From: Candidatus Omnitrophota bacterium
GTDB lineage: Bacteria; Omnitrophota; Gorgyraeia; Pluralincolimonadales; Pluralincolimonadaceae
Reading direction: 5' to 3'
Length of the DNA stretch: 64,000 nucleotides
NCBI GenBank assembly: GCA_003141835.1
Contig: PLNR01000006.1
Span: 142,558-206,557, forward strand
The position numbers and the translations under genes are program-made. Of this stretch, positions 18,374 through 26,493 are shown in pieces (the first letter of the stretch is position 1; every line of letters begins with the position of its first letter). The notes under the pieces are model-generated. The model worked only from the letters and a program-made list of their open reading frames with translations. It did no database searches and was not told where the DNA came from.

Positions 18374-19516
18374 CTAAACCTTTTCGTGGCTAAATTGGCG
18401 CAGATAATCACTGTACATAAACTTGCGATTGCGCTCTTTTCCGGTTATTTCATATAATATGTCTGCCTTAACAAACTTTTCTATCAACTGAAGGATATTC
18501 GCTTTAGAGGATATTCCGGTAATCCGCGAGGCAATCCCTGAATCTACTATAGGGGTTGAATATAGTTTGTTTAACAGTTTTAAGGCTGTTGCGGAATTTC
18601 TGCCCATGCCGGAAACCTTCCTGATGTGCTCCTCCCTTAATTTTGTGATCTTTTGGGCAGTTATCACGGCTTCCTCAGAAACTTCGCGTACGCCTACAAG
18701 AAAATATTTTAGCCAATCTTCTATACCTTTATTAAACCTATATCCGTTTAATTTATCGTAATAATTTGTACGGTGTTTTTTAAAATACTCCGAAATATAC
18801 AAAAGTGGCCGGGACAGCACCTGTTCTTTGTAAAGATAAAAAGTAATCAAGAGTCTCCCCATCCTTCCGTTACCGTCAAGGAACGGATGGATGGTTTCAA
18901 ATTGAGCGTGTATAATGCCGGCTTTTATTAAAGGCGGAAGTTTCGTGGTTTCATCGTGCAAGAACTTTTCCAGATCAGACAAAGATTCATGCATTTGGTG
19001 AGCGGGCGGAGGAACAAAAAAAGCTGTTTCTATAGTAGGGCCTCCTATCCAATTTTGGGAAGTCCTGAATTCCCCCGGATTTCTGTGCTGCCCACGCACT
19101 CCTTTAAGCAAGGCGGAATGCATTTCTCTTATCAAACGCCAGGAGAGAGGAAAGGTCTTTAGCCTTTCTATGCCATGATCCATTGCGGTTATGTAGTTTT
19201 TTATCTCATCGACATCCGAAGGGGAATCCTTATCCTTTAGTTTCGCCTCCGCTTTTATGTAATCGATGAATGTCGCCTGAGTACCTTCTATCTGGCTTGA
19301 TAACGCGGCTTCTTTCGTAACGTACATGTAGATAAAGAAATTAACGTCGGGGACAAGCTGGTCTATGGCATTGAGACTACCTATAGCGCGATCTGCCTTT
19401 GAGAGAAGCATGATTAAATTGTCATCCCAGTTTATGAGATGCTCAGGTGGAAATTTTGCCGGTATAAACGCCTTGTAACCTGTAGGTTGCTGTTGATAAA
19501 AACCTATTTTTCCCAT
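18374..19516 (-). CDS. Fic family protein (probable AMPylase) with C-terminal winged-helix
   Basis: Canonical Fic motif HPFLDGNGRMGR within a 380-aa ORF. Confidence 0.85.
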   Translation of the reverse strand: MGKIGFYQQQPTGYKAFIPAKFPPEHLINWDDNLIMLLSKADRAIGSLNAIDQLVPDVNFFIYMYVTKEAALSSQIEGTQATFIDYIKAEAKLKDKDSPSDVDEIKNYITAMDHGIERLKTFPLSWRLIREMHSALLKGVRGQHRNPGEFRTSQNWIGGPTIETAFFVPPPAHQMHESLSDLEKFLHDETTKLPPLIKAGIIHAQFETIHPFLDGNGRMGRLLITFYLYKEQVLSRPLLYISEYFKKHRTNYYDKLNGYRFNKGIEDWLKYFLVGVREVSEEAVITAQKITKLREEHIRKVSGMGRNSATALKLLNKLYSTPIVDSGIASRITGISSKANILQLIEKFVKADILYEITGKERNRKFMYSDYLRQFSHEKV

Positions 19517-19688
19517 TTCATCCTCCCAGAACTACTGTTTTGGTTAGTTCTGGATAAGTAGTATATCCGATACTTACGCAATATGCAAGTTTTAATTTCA
19601 ATGATTCCAACGTGTTAGAGTAGCTCAATAATTAGTTCTGGTTAATGCCATTATCCAGAACTTGATATTTTCTAAGTTCTGGCTACAG

Positions 19689-22600
19689 TTACCCCCAGCA
19701 GATATCGTAAAAATCGCATTTATTGTTGCCCTGGCCGCATTTGCCGGGTTTCTCGTCGATCTCCGGCAGTTTGGCGAAGTCGAGCTTCCTGATGCGGCGG
19801 CTAACGTCCTTTATGAGCGACTCGAGCTCGGCGACCATATCCTCGGTCAGCTCGACCTTCTTCTTGACGAATTCGCCTTCCTTGAGGTCGTGCTTTATGA
19901 CCGTCTCTTTAGCCGGGTCGAGGAAGACGAGCACCCCCTCCTTTACCTTGCGGCCCTGTGATTCCTTCTTGTCCCTGTCGAAGAGGAGTTTATACGCGAT
20001 GAGCTGGCGCAGGTACCCCTCGAACTCATCACTTGATACCGGTATCTTTTTCGCGAGAGAATTATTGATCCCTTTGACATGTCTATCCGGTTCACCCGTT
20101 TTATAATCTATCACACGAACGGCGGCGGTGCCCGCGGGTTCGGTTTTATCATATTTTCCGGTAAATTTCAGGTCGTCATCGAGCATGACCATCAGGTTTT
20201 TCTCGAGGCCGAGCGGCTTTATCGGCGCGCGTGATTCTTCCTTGAACCAGGCCTTGAACGTCTCGACCTGGCGCAGGCAGGCGGTCTTTATCGCCGCTTC
20301 CGGGGCTTCGTGGCTTAATTCCCTGGTGAACGCCTCCTTGAAGAACGCGAAATCCGGGAATTTGCCGGTCTTCATGAATTTATCATAGGTATTTTCCAGC
20401 GCCTTGTGGGTGCAGTTACCGAAGACGAGCGGCTGCTTCTTGCCCGACGGCAGCATCAGGGCGTTATCATAGAGATATTTGCGCGGGCAATTTATATAAT
20501 TGTTGAGCGATGTGGGGTTGAGCGAGATGCCGGCGACGAGGTCTTTCAATATCTTGTCGGTGCCGATGAACGGGTCTTCTGCGTCGGTTATCTCGAGCGC
20601 GGCTTTGAGCAGGTCCTCTTCTTTATTTGCGGAGGCCTCCCCATCGGCCACGCCCGTAAGATACGAGCTCGGGATCGCGCTCTCGGTCGGGCTGGCGGTG
20701 TAGATGAGGTTCGCCTTGGCGCGCGTCGAGGCGACGTAGAACAGGCGCGTCTCGTCGTAATAATCGAGTTGCTTTAAGATATCCTTGTCGGGCGGGATCT
20801 CCTTCGACTTGTAGACCTCGGGCGGGAGCGGGATCGAGACGCCCTGCGGCCGCTTCGGCCAGCGCTTCTTTTCGAGGCAGAACGGGATGAATACCGTGTG
20901 GAATTCGAGGCCTTTCGAGCCGTGGGCCGTGTAGATGCGCACGCCTTCCTGCGTGGCCGTGACGAGCTCGCCCTTCAGGGACATGCCGTGGGCCTTGCGG
21001 GTCTCGAGCTCATCGATGAATTCCTTGAGCGTGATGCCCGGGCGCGCGATGTCGGATTCCTTGACCATGTTGACGAATGACGTTAGCGCGCGCAGGTCGC
21101 GGATGCGCAGGAGATCATTATCATCATATTTATCCAAGATGAACTTCAAAACCCCTGCATCTTTGATAAATTGCATCAAAATTGCATGCACTGGTCTACT
21201 TTCGGCTTCAAAAAGCAAAGCAGAAATCGAAGCTAAATTTGGGGACGTTTCAAAAAGGGACACTTCACCCACTGAAGTATTAGCAGGGGTGAAATGTAAC
21301 CCTTTTTGAAACGTCCCCAAGCGCATTAGCTCGCTGAACATCGAAATCGTCGGGGCTTCGCCCTTCTTGCGCTGGTCATATTTTTTCACCCGGACTTCGG
21401 CGATGAAGCGCAGGACGTCGCTCATCGGGATGTGCATGTAATCGGCGGTCAAAATGCGGTAGAGATAGGCGTCTTTCTGCTCTATATCGATGTCGGGCGT
21501 GTGCGCGAAATAGAGCACGTCGAGCATCTGGCGGACGCGCTTCTCGCCGGCGATGTCCTCCTTGCCGTCGGTTGCGTACGGGATACCGGCGCGCAGGAAA
21601 GTGTCGACTATTTTGAGGATATCGTCGCGCTGGCGCACGAGGACGGCGACTTCATCAAGCGGGACCTCCTCCTTCTTCGCGATCTCCTTTATGCGGCGCG
21701 CGATAAAGAGCAACTCCTCGGTCTCGGTCGTGAATTCGTCATATTCGATGGTCTTTTTCTTGAAATCTGTCTCCGGCGCGAGTTCTTTGGCGTGGACGCG
21801 CTCTTTAACCGGAAGGTTATTTATTATGCGGCCTGCGAGCGAGATTATCTCTTTTGTCGAGCGGTAGTTCTTTTCGAGCGGGATCTCTTTTAATTTCGGA
21901 AATCTCTTCTTTAGTTCGCGGAAATTCGCTACCGACGCCCCCTGGAACCTAAAAATAGATTGGTCGTCGTCCCCTACGCAGCAAATATTCGTGCCGCCTA
22001 GCTCGAATAATAAGTCCATCTGCGCGCCGTTGGTGTCCTGGAACTCATCAACCATGATGTAGGTGTACTGCTTCTGGAGGGCGGATTTGAGCTCCGGTTC
22101 ATTGCGGATCGCCTCGACCGCGAAAAGTATCATATCATCGTAATCGTAGCGGCCCCGGTCATCGAAAAGTGCCTTATTTTTGCCCGCTTTGTACTCTTCA
22201 TACAGCTTATATACGGTGGCGAGGGCCTTGAGACGTTCTATGTGCTTTTCTTCAATGTAGGCGCCGTCAGGCTCGGTTTTTTCTATTATCTCAGCGAACT
22301 GCGCCGGCGAAACACCTTCGCGCTTAAGCTCGGTTATCCGCTGGCTTATCTCGCGCTCAAAAGCGTACGGCGCGCGGAACGGCCGGATCTTATCGATGCC
22401 GTCAGTATTATCCAAAATATATTCGAGGAGCTTTATCTGCTCGATATCGGTTATCTGGACGCGTTCCTGGATGTATTCGGCCGCCTCTTCGGACTCCAAC
22501 ACGACAGAATTCGCGAAACTGTGGAATGTCGCCGTTTCAATATTGTAAGCGGCGGCTCCAAGGAGTTTCACGAGGCGCTCTTTCATCGCCTTCGCGGCGG

Positions 22601-22775
22601 CATTCGTGTATGTTAGGATGAGGATATTCTCGGGGCGGGCCTTCTTTGCCTTAATTATGTTCGCCGCGCGGACGGAAAGCAGCTCGGTCTTGCCTGTTCC
22701 GGGTCCGGCTAGGACTAAAACGGGGCCATCGAGGGTCTCGGCGGCTAATTTTTGCTTGGTATTCAGATTGATCAT
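19689..22775 (-). CDS. UvrD/PcrA-like SF1 helicase fused to a C-terminal PD-(D/E)XK Cas4/AddB-like nuclease with Cys cluster
   Basis: Walker A LAGPGTGKT and helicase motifs in the N-terminal 650 aa. C-terminal segment VIDYKTGEPDR...QLIAYKLL plus Cys residues (NCPRKY...CGQGNNKCDFYDIC). Start taken at MINLN (ATG 22775). The track ORF extends to 22823. Confidence 0.8.
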   Translation of the reverse strand: MINLNTKQKLAAETLDGPVLVLAGPGTGKTELLSVRAANIIKAKKARPENILILTYTNAAAKAMKERLVKLLGAAAYNIETATFHSFANSVVLESEEAAEYIQERVQITDIEQIKLLEYILDNTDGIDKIRPFRAPYAFEREISQRITELKREGVSPAQFAEIIEKTEPDGAYIEEKHIERLKALATVYKLYEEYKAGKNKALFDDRGRYDYDDMILFAVEAIRNEPELKSALQKQYTYIMVDEFQDTNGAQMDLLFELGGTNICCVGDDDQSIFRFQGASVANFRELKKRFPKLKEIPLEKNYRSTKEIISLAGRIINNLPVKERVHAKELAPETDFKKKTIEYDEFTTETEELLFIARRIKEIAKKEEVPLDEVAVLVRQRDDILKIVDTFLRAGIPYATDGKEDIAGEKRVRQMLDVLYFAHTPDIDIEQKDAYLYRILTADYMHIPMSDVLRFIAEVRVKKYDQRKKGEAPTISMFSELMRLGTFQKGLHFTPANTSVGEVSLFETSPNLASISALLFEAESRPVHAILMQFIKDAGVLKFILDKYDDNDLLRIRDLRALTSFVNMVKESDIARPGITLKEFIDELETRKAHGMSLKGELVTATQEGVRIYTAHGSKGLEFHTVFIPFCLEKKRWPKRPQGVSIPLPPEVYKSKEIPPDKDILKQLDYYDETRLFYVASTRAKANLIYTASPTESAIPSSYLTGVADGEASANKEEDLLKAALEITDAEDPFIGTDKILKDLVAGISLNPTSLNNYINCPRKYLYDNALMLPSGKKQPLVFGNCTHKALENTYDKFMKTGKFPDFAFFKEAFTRELSHEAPEAAIKTACLRQVETFKAWFKEESRAPIKPLGLEKNLMVMLDDDLKFTGKYDKTEPAGTAAVRVIDYKTGEPDRHVKGINNSLAKKIPVSSDEFEGYLRQLIAYKLLFDRDKKESQGRKVKEGVLVFLDPAKETVIKHDLKEGEFVKKKVELTEDMVAELESLIKDVSRRIRKLDFAKLPEIDEKPGKCGQGNNKCDFYDICWG
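21241..21319. mobile_element. MITE-like structured element inside the helicase-nuclease CDS (perfect 19-bp terminal inverted repeats GGGGACGTTTCAAAAAGGG / CCCTTTTTGAAACGTCCCC plus nested hairpin)
   Basis: It is embedded in an AT-rich stretch of about 200 bp (21125-21330) within an otherwise GC-rich gene. The reading frame is maintained. Its core is related to the island repeats U1-U3. Confidence 0.45.
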
Positions 22776-22822
22776 ATTTATGCTATAATTGGATGGTATA
22801 ATTATACCCCAAGGAGGACGCA
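22776..22822. promoter_or_regulatory. divergent promoter region (two TATAAT boxes, RBS AAGGAGGA for the plus-strand gene)
   Basis: TATAAT at 22784-22789 and 22797-22802. AAGGAGGA 5 nt upstream of ATG 22823. Confidence 0.35.
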
Positions 22823-23155
22823 ATGAAAACTGCTATTATTATGTTATCTGTTCTCTCTTTTACCCTTTTCGTGAGCCCGGCAACGGTCAAGGCCGAAGGC
22901 ACCAGCGGCACGCTCGCCGCGCAGGTAGATACGGTCACTGTGGCACAGACCGAGGGCGAGGATTCCACCGTTTCAGTTGTAGATGAATCCGGCGTCACGA
23001 TACTCTTTTATGTGACAGCCGCAACCGTCATCTCCGGCCCGATAGGCGAGCCGATAAGCCTCGGCAATATCAACCAGAACGACCCGGTCGAGATAGAATA
23101 CGATAATCTCGAGGGCGGGGTCGGGCTGGCGAAGTCAATAAAACTAACAGAGTAA
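22823..23155 (+). CDS. small secreted protein, paralog 1 of 3 (possible OB-fold periplasmic protein)
   Basis: Signal peptide. Shares the C-terminal pattern of hydrophobic and Gly positions with 25322-25636 and 25662-26000. Confidence 0.5.
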   Translation: MKTAIIMLSVLSFTLFVSPATVKAEGTSGTLAAQVDTVTVAQTEGEDSTVSVVDESGVTILFYVTAATVISGPIGEPISLGNINQNDPVEIEYDNLEGGVGLAKSIKLTE

Positions 23156-23160
23156 ATATA

Positions 23161-23207
23161 GGGTGTCCCCCACTGAGGTGGGACCTTGCCCCAATGGGAC
23201 GTCCCCC
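23161..23207. repeat. REP-like element copy 2 (split by a 19-bp internal insert)
   Basis: GGGTGTCCCCC / ACTGAGGTGGGACCTTGCC / CCAATGGGACGTCCCCC. Confidence 0.6.
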
Positions 23208-23215
23208 AGGAAAAA

Positions 23216-23896
23216 ATGCGCATACTTGTAGTCGAAGACGAAAAAAAGATAGCAAATTTCATAAAACGCGGCCTGAAGGAAGAGGGCTACGCTGTCGACG
23301 CGGCTGAAGACGGCGAGCAGGGATATTTTATGGCCACAACGCAGGATTACGACCTCATCGTCCTCGACCTGATGCTGCCGAAGATGGATGGCCTCACCCT
23401 TTGCAGGAAGTTGCACGAAATGGGGTGTCCCCCAATGGGACGTCCCCCAGTATTGATACTCACGGCCAAGGACACGGTAAAAGACAAGGTCTCCGGCCTC
23501 GACTCCGGCGCGGACGATTACATCACCAAGCCGTTCGCTTTCGAGGAGTTCCTGGCGCGGGTGCGGGCGCTTTTGCGCAAACGCGAAGGCAGTGCGTCGA
23601 CGAAACTCACGGCCGGCGAACTCACGCTCGACCTCGTCACGCACAAGGTATCGCGCGGCGGCAAAGAGATCGAGCTTACGGCCAAGGAATACGCGCTCCT
23701 TGAATATTTCATGCGCAACGCCGGCACGTGCGTCACCAGGACGATGATATCCGAGCACGTCTGGGACATGAATTTCGATAGTTTTACAAACGTCATAGAC
23801 GTCTATGTGAACTATCTACGAAAAAAACTGGACAACGGCCCCGGCAAAAAACTCATCCAGACCGTCCGCGGCAGGGGTTATATCCTCAAAGGTTAA
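23216..23896 (+). CDS. OmpR-family response regulator
   Basis: Receiver domain (VVEDE, D..LDLMLP, LTAKD) plus winged-helix effector (LTAKEYALLEYF...RTVRGRGY). Confidence 0.85.
   Translation: MRILVVEDEKKIANFIKRGLKEEGYAVDAAEDGEQGYFMATTQDYDLIVLDLMLPKMDGLTLCRKLHEMGCPPMGRPPVLILTAKDTVKDKVSGLDSGADDYITKPFAFEEFLARVRALLRKREGSASTKLTAGELTLDLVTHKVSRGGKEIELTAKEYALLEYFMRNAGTCVTRTMISEHVWDMNFDSFTNVIDVYVNYLRKKLDNGPGKKLIQTVRGRGYILKG
23422..23448. repeat. REP-like element copy 3, inside the response-regulator CDS (encodes GCPPMGRPP in frame)
   Basis: GGGGTGTCCCCCAATGGGACGTCCCCC. Confidence 0.7.
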
Positions 23897-23897
23897 T

Positions 23898-25247
23898 ATG
23901 AATATCAAGTCTATCCGCGTCAAACTGATCCTCTGGTACATGATGTTGCTCGCGCTGACTCTTATATTCTTCAGCGTGCTTCTCTACAACATCTTCAGCG
24001 GCAGCATAAGAAGCAGCGCCGACGCCCTCCTGCGGTCGAGGGCCGAGGGCATCGCGAACTCTATAGACACCTATTGGGAGACCGAGCGGCTCGAGGCGAT
24101 AAAAGACGGCGTTGTCATCGAGGAATTCAGCAAGATAGACAACATCAATTTCGCCAAGGTAGCCCAGCGCTGGGTCGAGGAAAAAAGCAACGACCCCCAG
24201 CTCATAGGGACTATCGTCCAGATATACGACGCCGACGGGAACCGCATCGCGTATTCAAAGAACATCCCGAAGATATCCATCCTTTCGCAAAAGACTTTTG
24301 CTCACATCCTCAAGGGAAAGGGCATATTTGAAAAAATAGATATTGACCTGCCGGGAAGCAAGCCGGTAGACCTGAGGACACTCACGATGCCGGTGATGGA
24401 AAATCACAAGGTCGCCTATATCGTGCAGGTGGCAAGGCCCCTTGCCCTGGTGACCTCGGCGCGGCAGAATTTGAAGTTCCTCCTCTTCATCCTCCTCCCC
24501 CTGACCGTCCTCCTGACCGGGTTGATCGGGTCGATACTGGCGAAATTCGCCAACCTGGAACGGTCATTCATGATGCAGAAGCAATTCATCGAGGACCTTT
24601 CGCACGAATTGAAGACCCCTCTCTCCGTTTTAAAGGGCGAGATGGAGGTCACATTAAAGAAGTTGCGCTCGCCCGAGGATTACGAGTCGATATTAAAGAG
24701 CGGCCTCGATGAGACGAATACCCTCATCCGGATCGTCGAGAACCTTTTGATGCTGGCGAGGTTCGACAGCAATGCTATCCCGCTTGAAATGAAGACGCTC
24801 GATGCCGCGGAAATAATACGTAACGCCGCGCGTGATGTCAAAGTCCTCGCCGACCAGAAAAATATAACCATATCCCTACCCCCGGCCGCGGTGGCCGGAG
24901 CCACGAAAATAAAAGGCGACGAAGGCCAGATACGCCGGCTCTTTTTGAACCTGTTCGACAACGCCGTCAAATACACCCCTGAGGGGGGAAGCGTGACGGT
25001 GGATATCGCCGAAGACCATCCTTACGTGAAGATCTCGGTTACCGACACGGGCGTGGGCATCCCCCCTGCCGAGCTGCCGCATATATTCGACAGATTCTTC
25101 CGCGTAGACAAATCCCGCGGGTCGGTCGGCTTCGGCCTGGGGCTAAGCATATCGAAAGCCATCGCAGAAGCGCACAAGGGCCGCATCGAAGTTAAGAGCG
25201 AGCCGGGCCGCGGCGCCACATTCACGGTATTCATTAGAAATTTTTAA
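23898..25247 (+). CDS. sensor histidine kinase (HisKA + HATPase_c), two TM segments
   Basis: H-box SHELKTPL. N, G1 and G2 boxes (NLFDNAVKYT, DTGVGI, GLGLSI). Confidence 0.85.
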   Translation: MNIKSIRVKLILWYMMLLALTLIFFSVLLYNIFSGSIRSSADALLRSRAEGIANSIDTYWETERLEAIKDGVVIEEFSKIDNINFAKVAQRWVEEKSNDPQLIGTIVQIYDADGNRIAYSKNIPKISILSQKTFAHILKGKGIFEKIDIDLPGSKPVDLRTLTMPVMENHKVAYIVQVARPLALVTSARQNLKFLLFILLPLTVLLTGLIGSILAKFANLERSFMMQKQFIEDLSHELKTPLSVLKGEMEVTLKKLRSPEDYESILKSGLDETNTLIRIVENLLMLARFDSNAIPLEMKTLDAAEIIRNAARDVKVLADQKNITISLPPAAVAGATKIKGDEGQIRRLFLNLFDNAVKYTPEGGSVTVDIAEDHPYVKISVTDTGVGIPPAELPHIFDRFFRVDKSRGSVGFGLGLSISKAIAEAHKGRIEVKSEPGRGATFTVFIRNF

Positions 25248-25321
25248 TCATCTACTAATGATGGTTTAACCGCCGTTATTGTATACTTCCTCCTAGATAC
25301 AATAAAAAGGAGGTGAAACAA

Positions 25322-25636
25322 ATGAAGAAGATAGCGATCCTGTTGGTAGCATTGATGTCTCTTGGCATGATATCCGGGACGGTAATGGCGGCAGATACGA
25401 AAGCTGCGGATACAGCGAAGGCCGGCATGGAGACTATAAAGGGCAAAATAACCTCGATCGACACGACAAAGAACGTAATCGTCCTCAAAGAAATGAAGAC
25501 GAAGGTAGAGAAGACCATAACGGTCGATCCTAAGGTCATCGCAACACTGAAGGTCGGCGACGCGGTTAAGATCGAGTCGAAGACAGGCAGCAACGTGGCT
25601 GATAGCGTTAAAGTTGTACCCCCGAAGAAGAAGTAA
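25322..25636 (+). CDS. small secreted protein, paralog 2 of 3
   Basis: Strong RBS AAAGGAGGTG, signal peptide, KGKITSIDTTKNVIVLKE...LKVGDAVKIE pattern. Start moved to ATG 25322. Confidence 0.5.
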   Translation: MKKIAILLVALMSLGMISGTVMAADTKAADTAKAGMETIKGKITSIDTTKNVIVLKEMKTKVEKTITVDPKVIATLKVGDAVKIESKTGSNVADSVKVVPPKKK

Positions 25637-25661
25637 GATATTCGGGATGGAAGGAGCGGGA

Positions 25662-26000
25662 ATGAAAAAGATAGTTTTAGCGGTATTGTTGATCGCAGTC
25701 ATGCTTTCTTTGACTGCCAACGCGATAGCGGCGAAAAAAGTCGAATCGGAGAACGTCGAGGGTAAGGTGACTTCCGTGATGTCAGCCGATCCGGCCAGAG
25801 GCATGAAACCGACGATCGCAGTCACCGATAAGAAGGGTGAAAGGACTTTATTCGAGATCACCCCCACCACCACTCTTTACGGGATCGATATGAAGCCGGT
25901 TACGTTAGAGGTAATAAAAAAGGGTGCCTCGGTTAAGGTAAAAGGCACCTCTATAGTAGAAGGCATCGGCTCAGCGACTTCGATAAGATTACTGAAATAG
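25662..26000 (+). CDS. small secreted protein, paralog 3 of 3
   Basis: RBS GGAAGGAG, signal peptide, shared C-terminal pattern. Confidence 0.5.
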   Translation: MKKIVLAVLLIAVMLSLTANAIAAKKVESENVEGKVTSVMSADPARGMKPTIAVTDKKGERTLFEITPTTTLYGIDMKPVTLEVIKKGASVKVKGTSIVEGIGSATSIRLLK

Positions 26001-26014
26001 ATCCAAAGCAGTAA

Positions 26015-26069
26015 AGAGGACATCTGTAGTTTAAGAGGGCCACCCCCTCCAGGATGTCCTCTTTTTTTT
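26015..26069. terminator. bidirectional rho-independent terminator between convergent genes
   Basis: AGAGGACATC...GATGTCCTCT stem followed by TTTTTTTT. Confidence 0.65.
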
Positions 26070-26451
26070 ACCGCAATACTGCGTTTATTTCGGGATTGCC
26101 GTGCAGGGTGTTGTGGACGGGGCAATTATTGATGAAGCGCATGAGGTTGTCCTTTTTTGCCTGGTCTAACGGCGCGTCTTTCAGGTCTATCACGACGTTT
26201 ATCTTCCTGAAACTCATTACCGGGGTCTTTTCGAGCTCGGCCTCGACGCTGATGCTGAATTCCTTGATCGGGAGCTTCATGTTATCGGCGTACCTGCGCA
26301 GGAAGACGCCCATGCACGAGCCCAAAGCCGCCAAAAGCGTCGGCAGCGGACCGAGGTTCTCTTTTTCGGCCATGTCTATCGTGGATTTCGCCTCACCCGA
26401 CGTCACATTAAACACGCTGCCCTCTTTGCATGAAATGTCGACTTTATACAT
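26068..26451 (-). CDS. OsmC/Ohr-family peroxiredoxin-like protein
   Basis: 127 aa with LAALGSCMG and NCPVHNTL motifs. Confidence 0.7.
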   Translation of the reverse strand: MYKVDISCKEGSVFNVTSGEAKSTIDMAEKENLGPLPTLLAALGSCMGVFLRRYADNMKLPIKEFSISVEAELEKTPVMSFRKINVVIDLKDAPLDQAKKDNLMRFINNCPVHNTLHGNPEINAVLR

Positions 26452-26466
26452 GTTTTCCTCCGGAAT

Positions 26467-26493
26467 GGGGTGTCCCCCAATGGGACGTCCCCT
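26467..26493. repeat. REP-like element copy 4 (intergenic)
   Basis: GGGGTGTCCCCCAATGGGACGTCCCC, between the OsmC start and the YhaM-like stop. Confidence 0.7.

Noticed and set aside
23008-23758. Minus-strand ORFs 23008-23262, 23070-23255, 23144-23758 and 23401-23703 overlapping the response-regulator gene
   Set aside because: They are on the opposite strand or in a different frame from a well-supported OmpR-family gene, and are created by REP copies 2 and 3.
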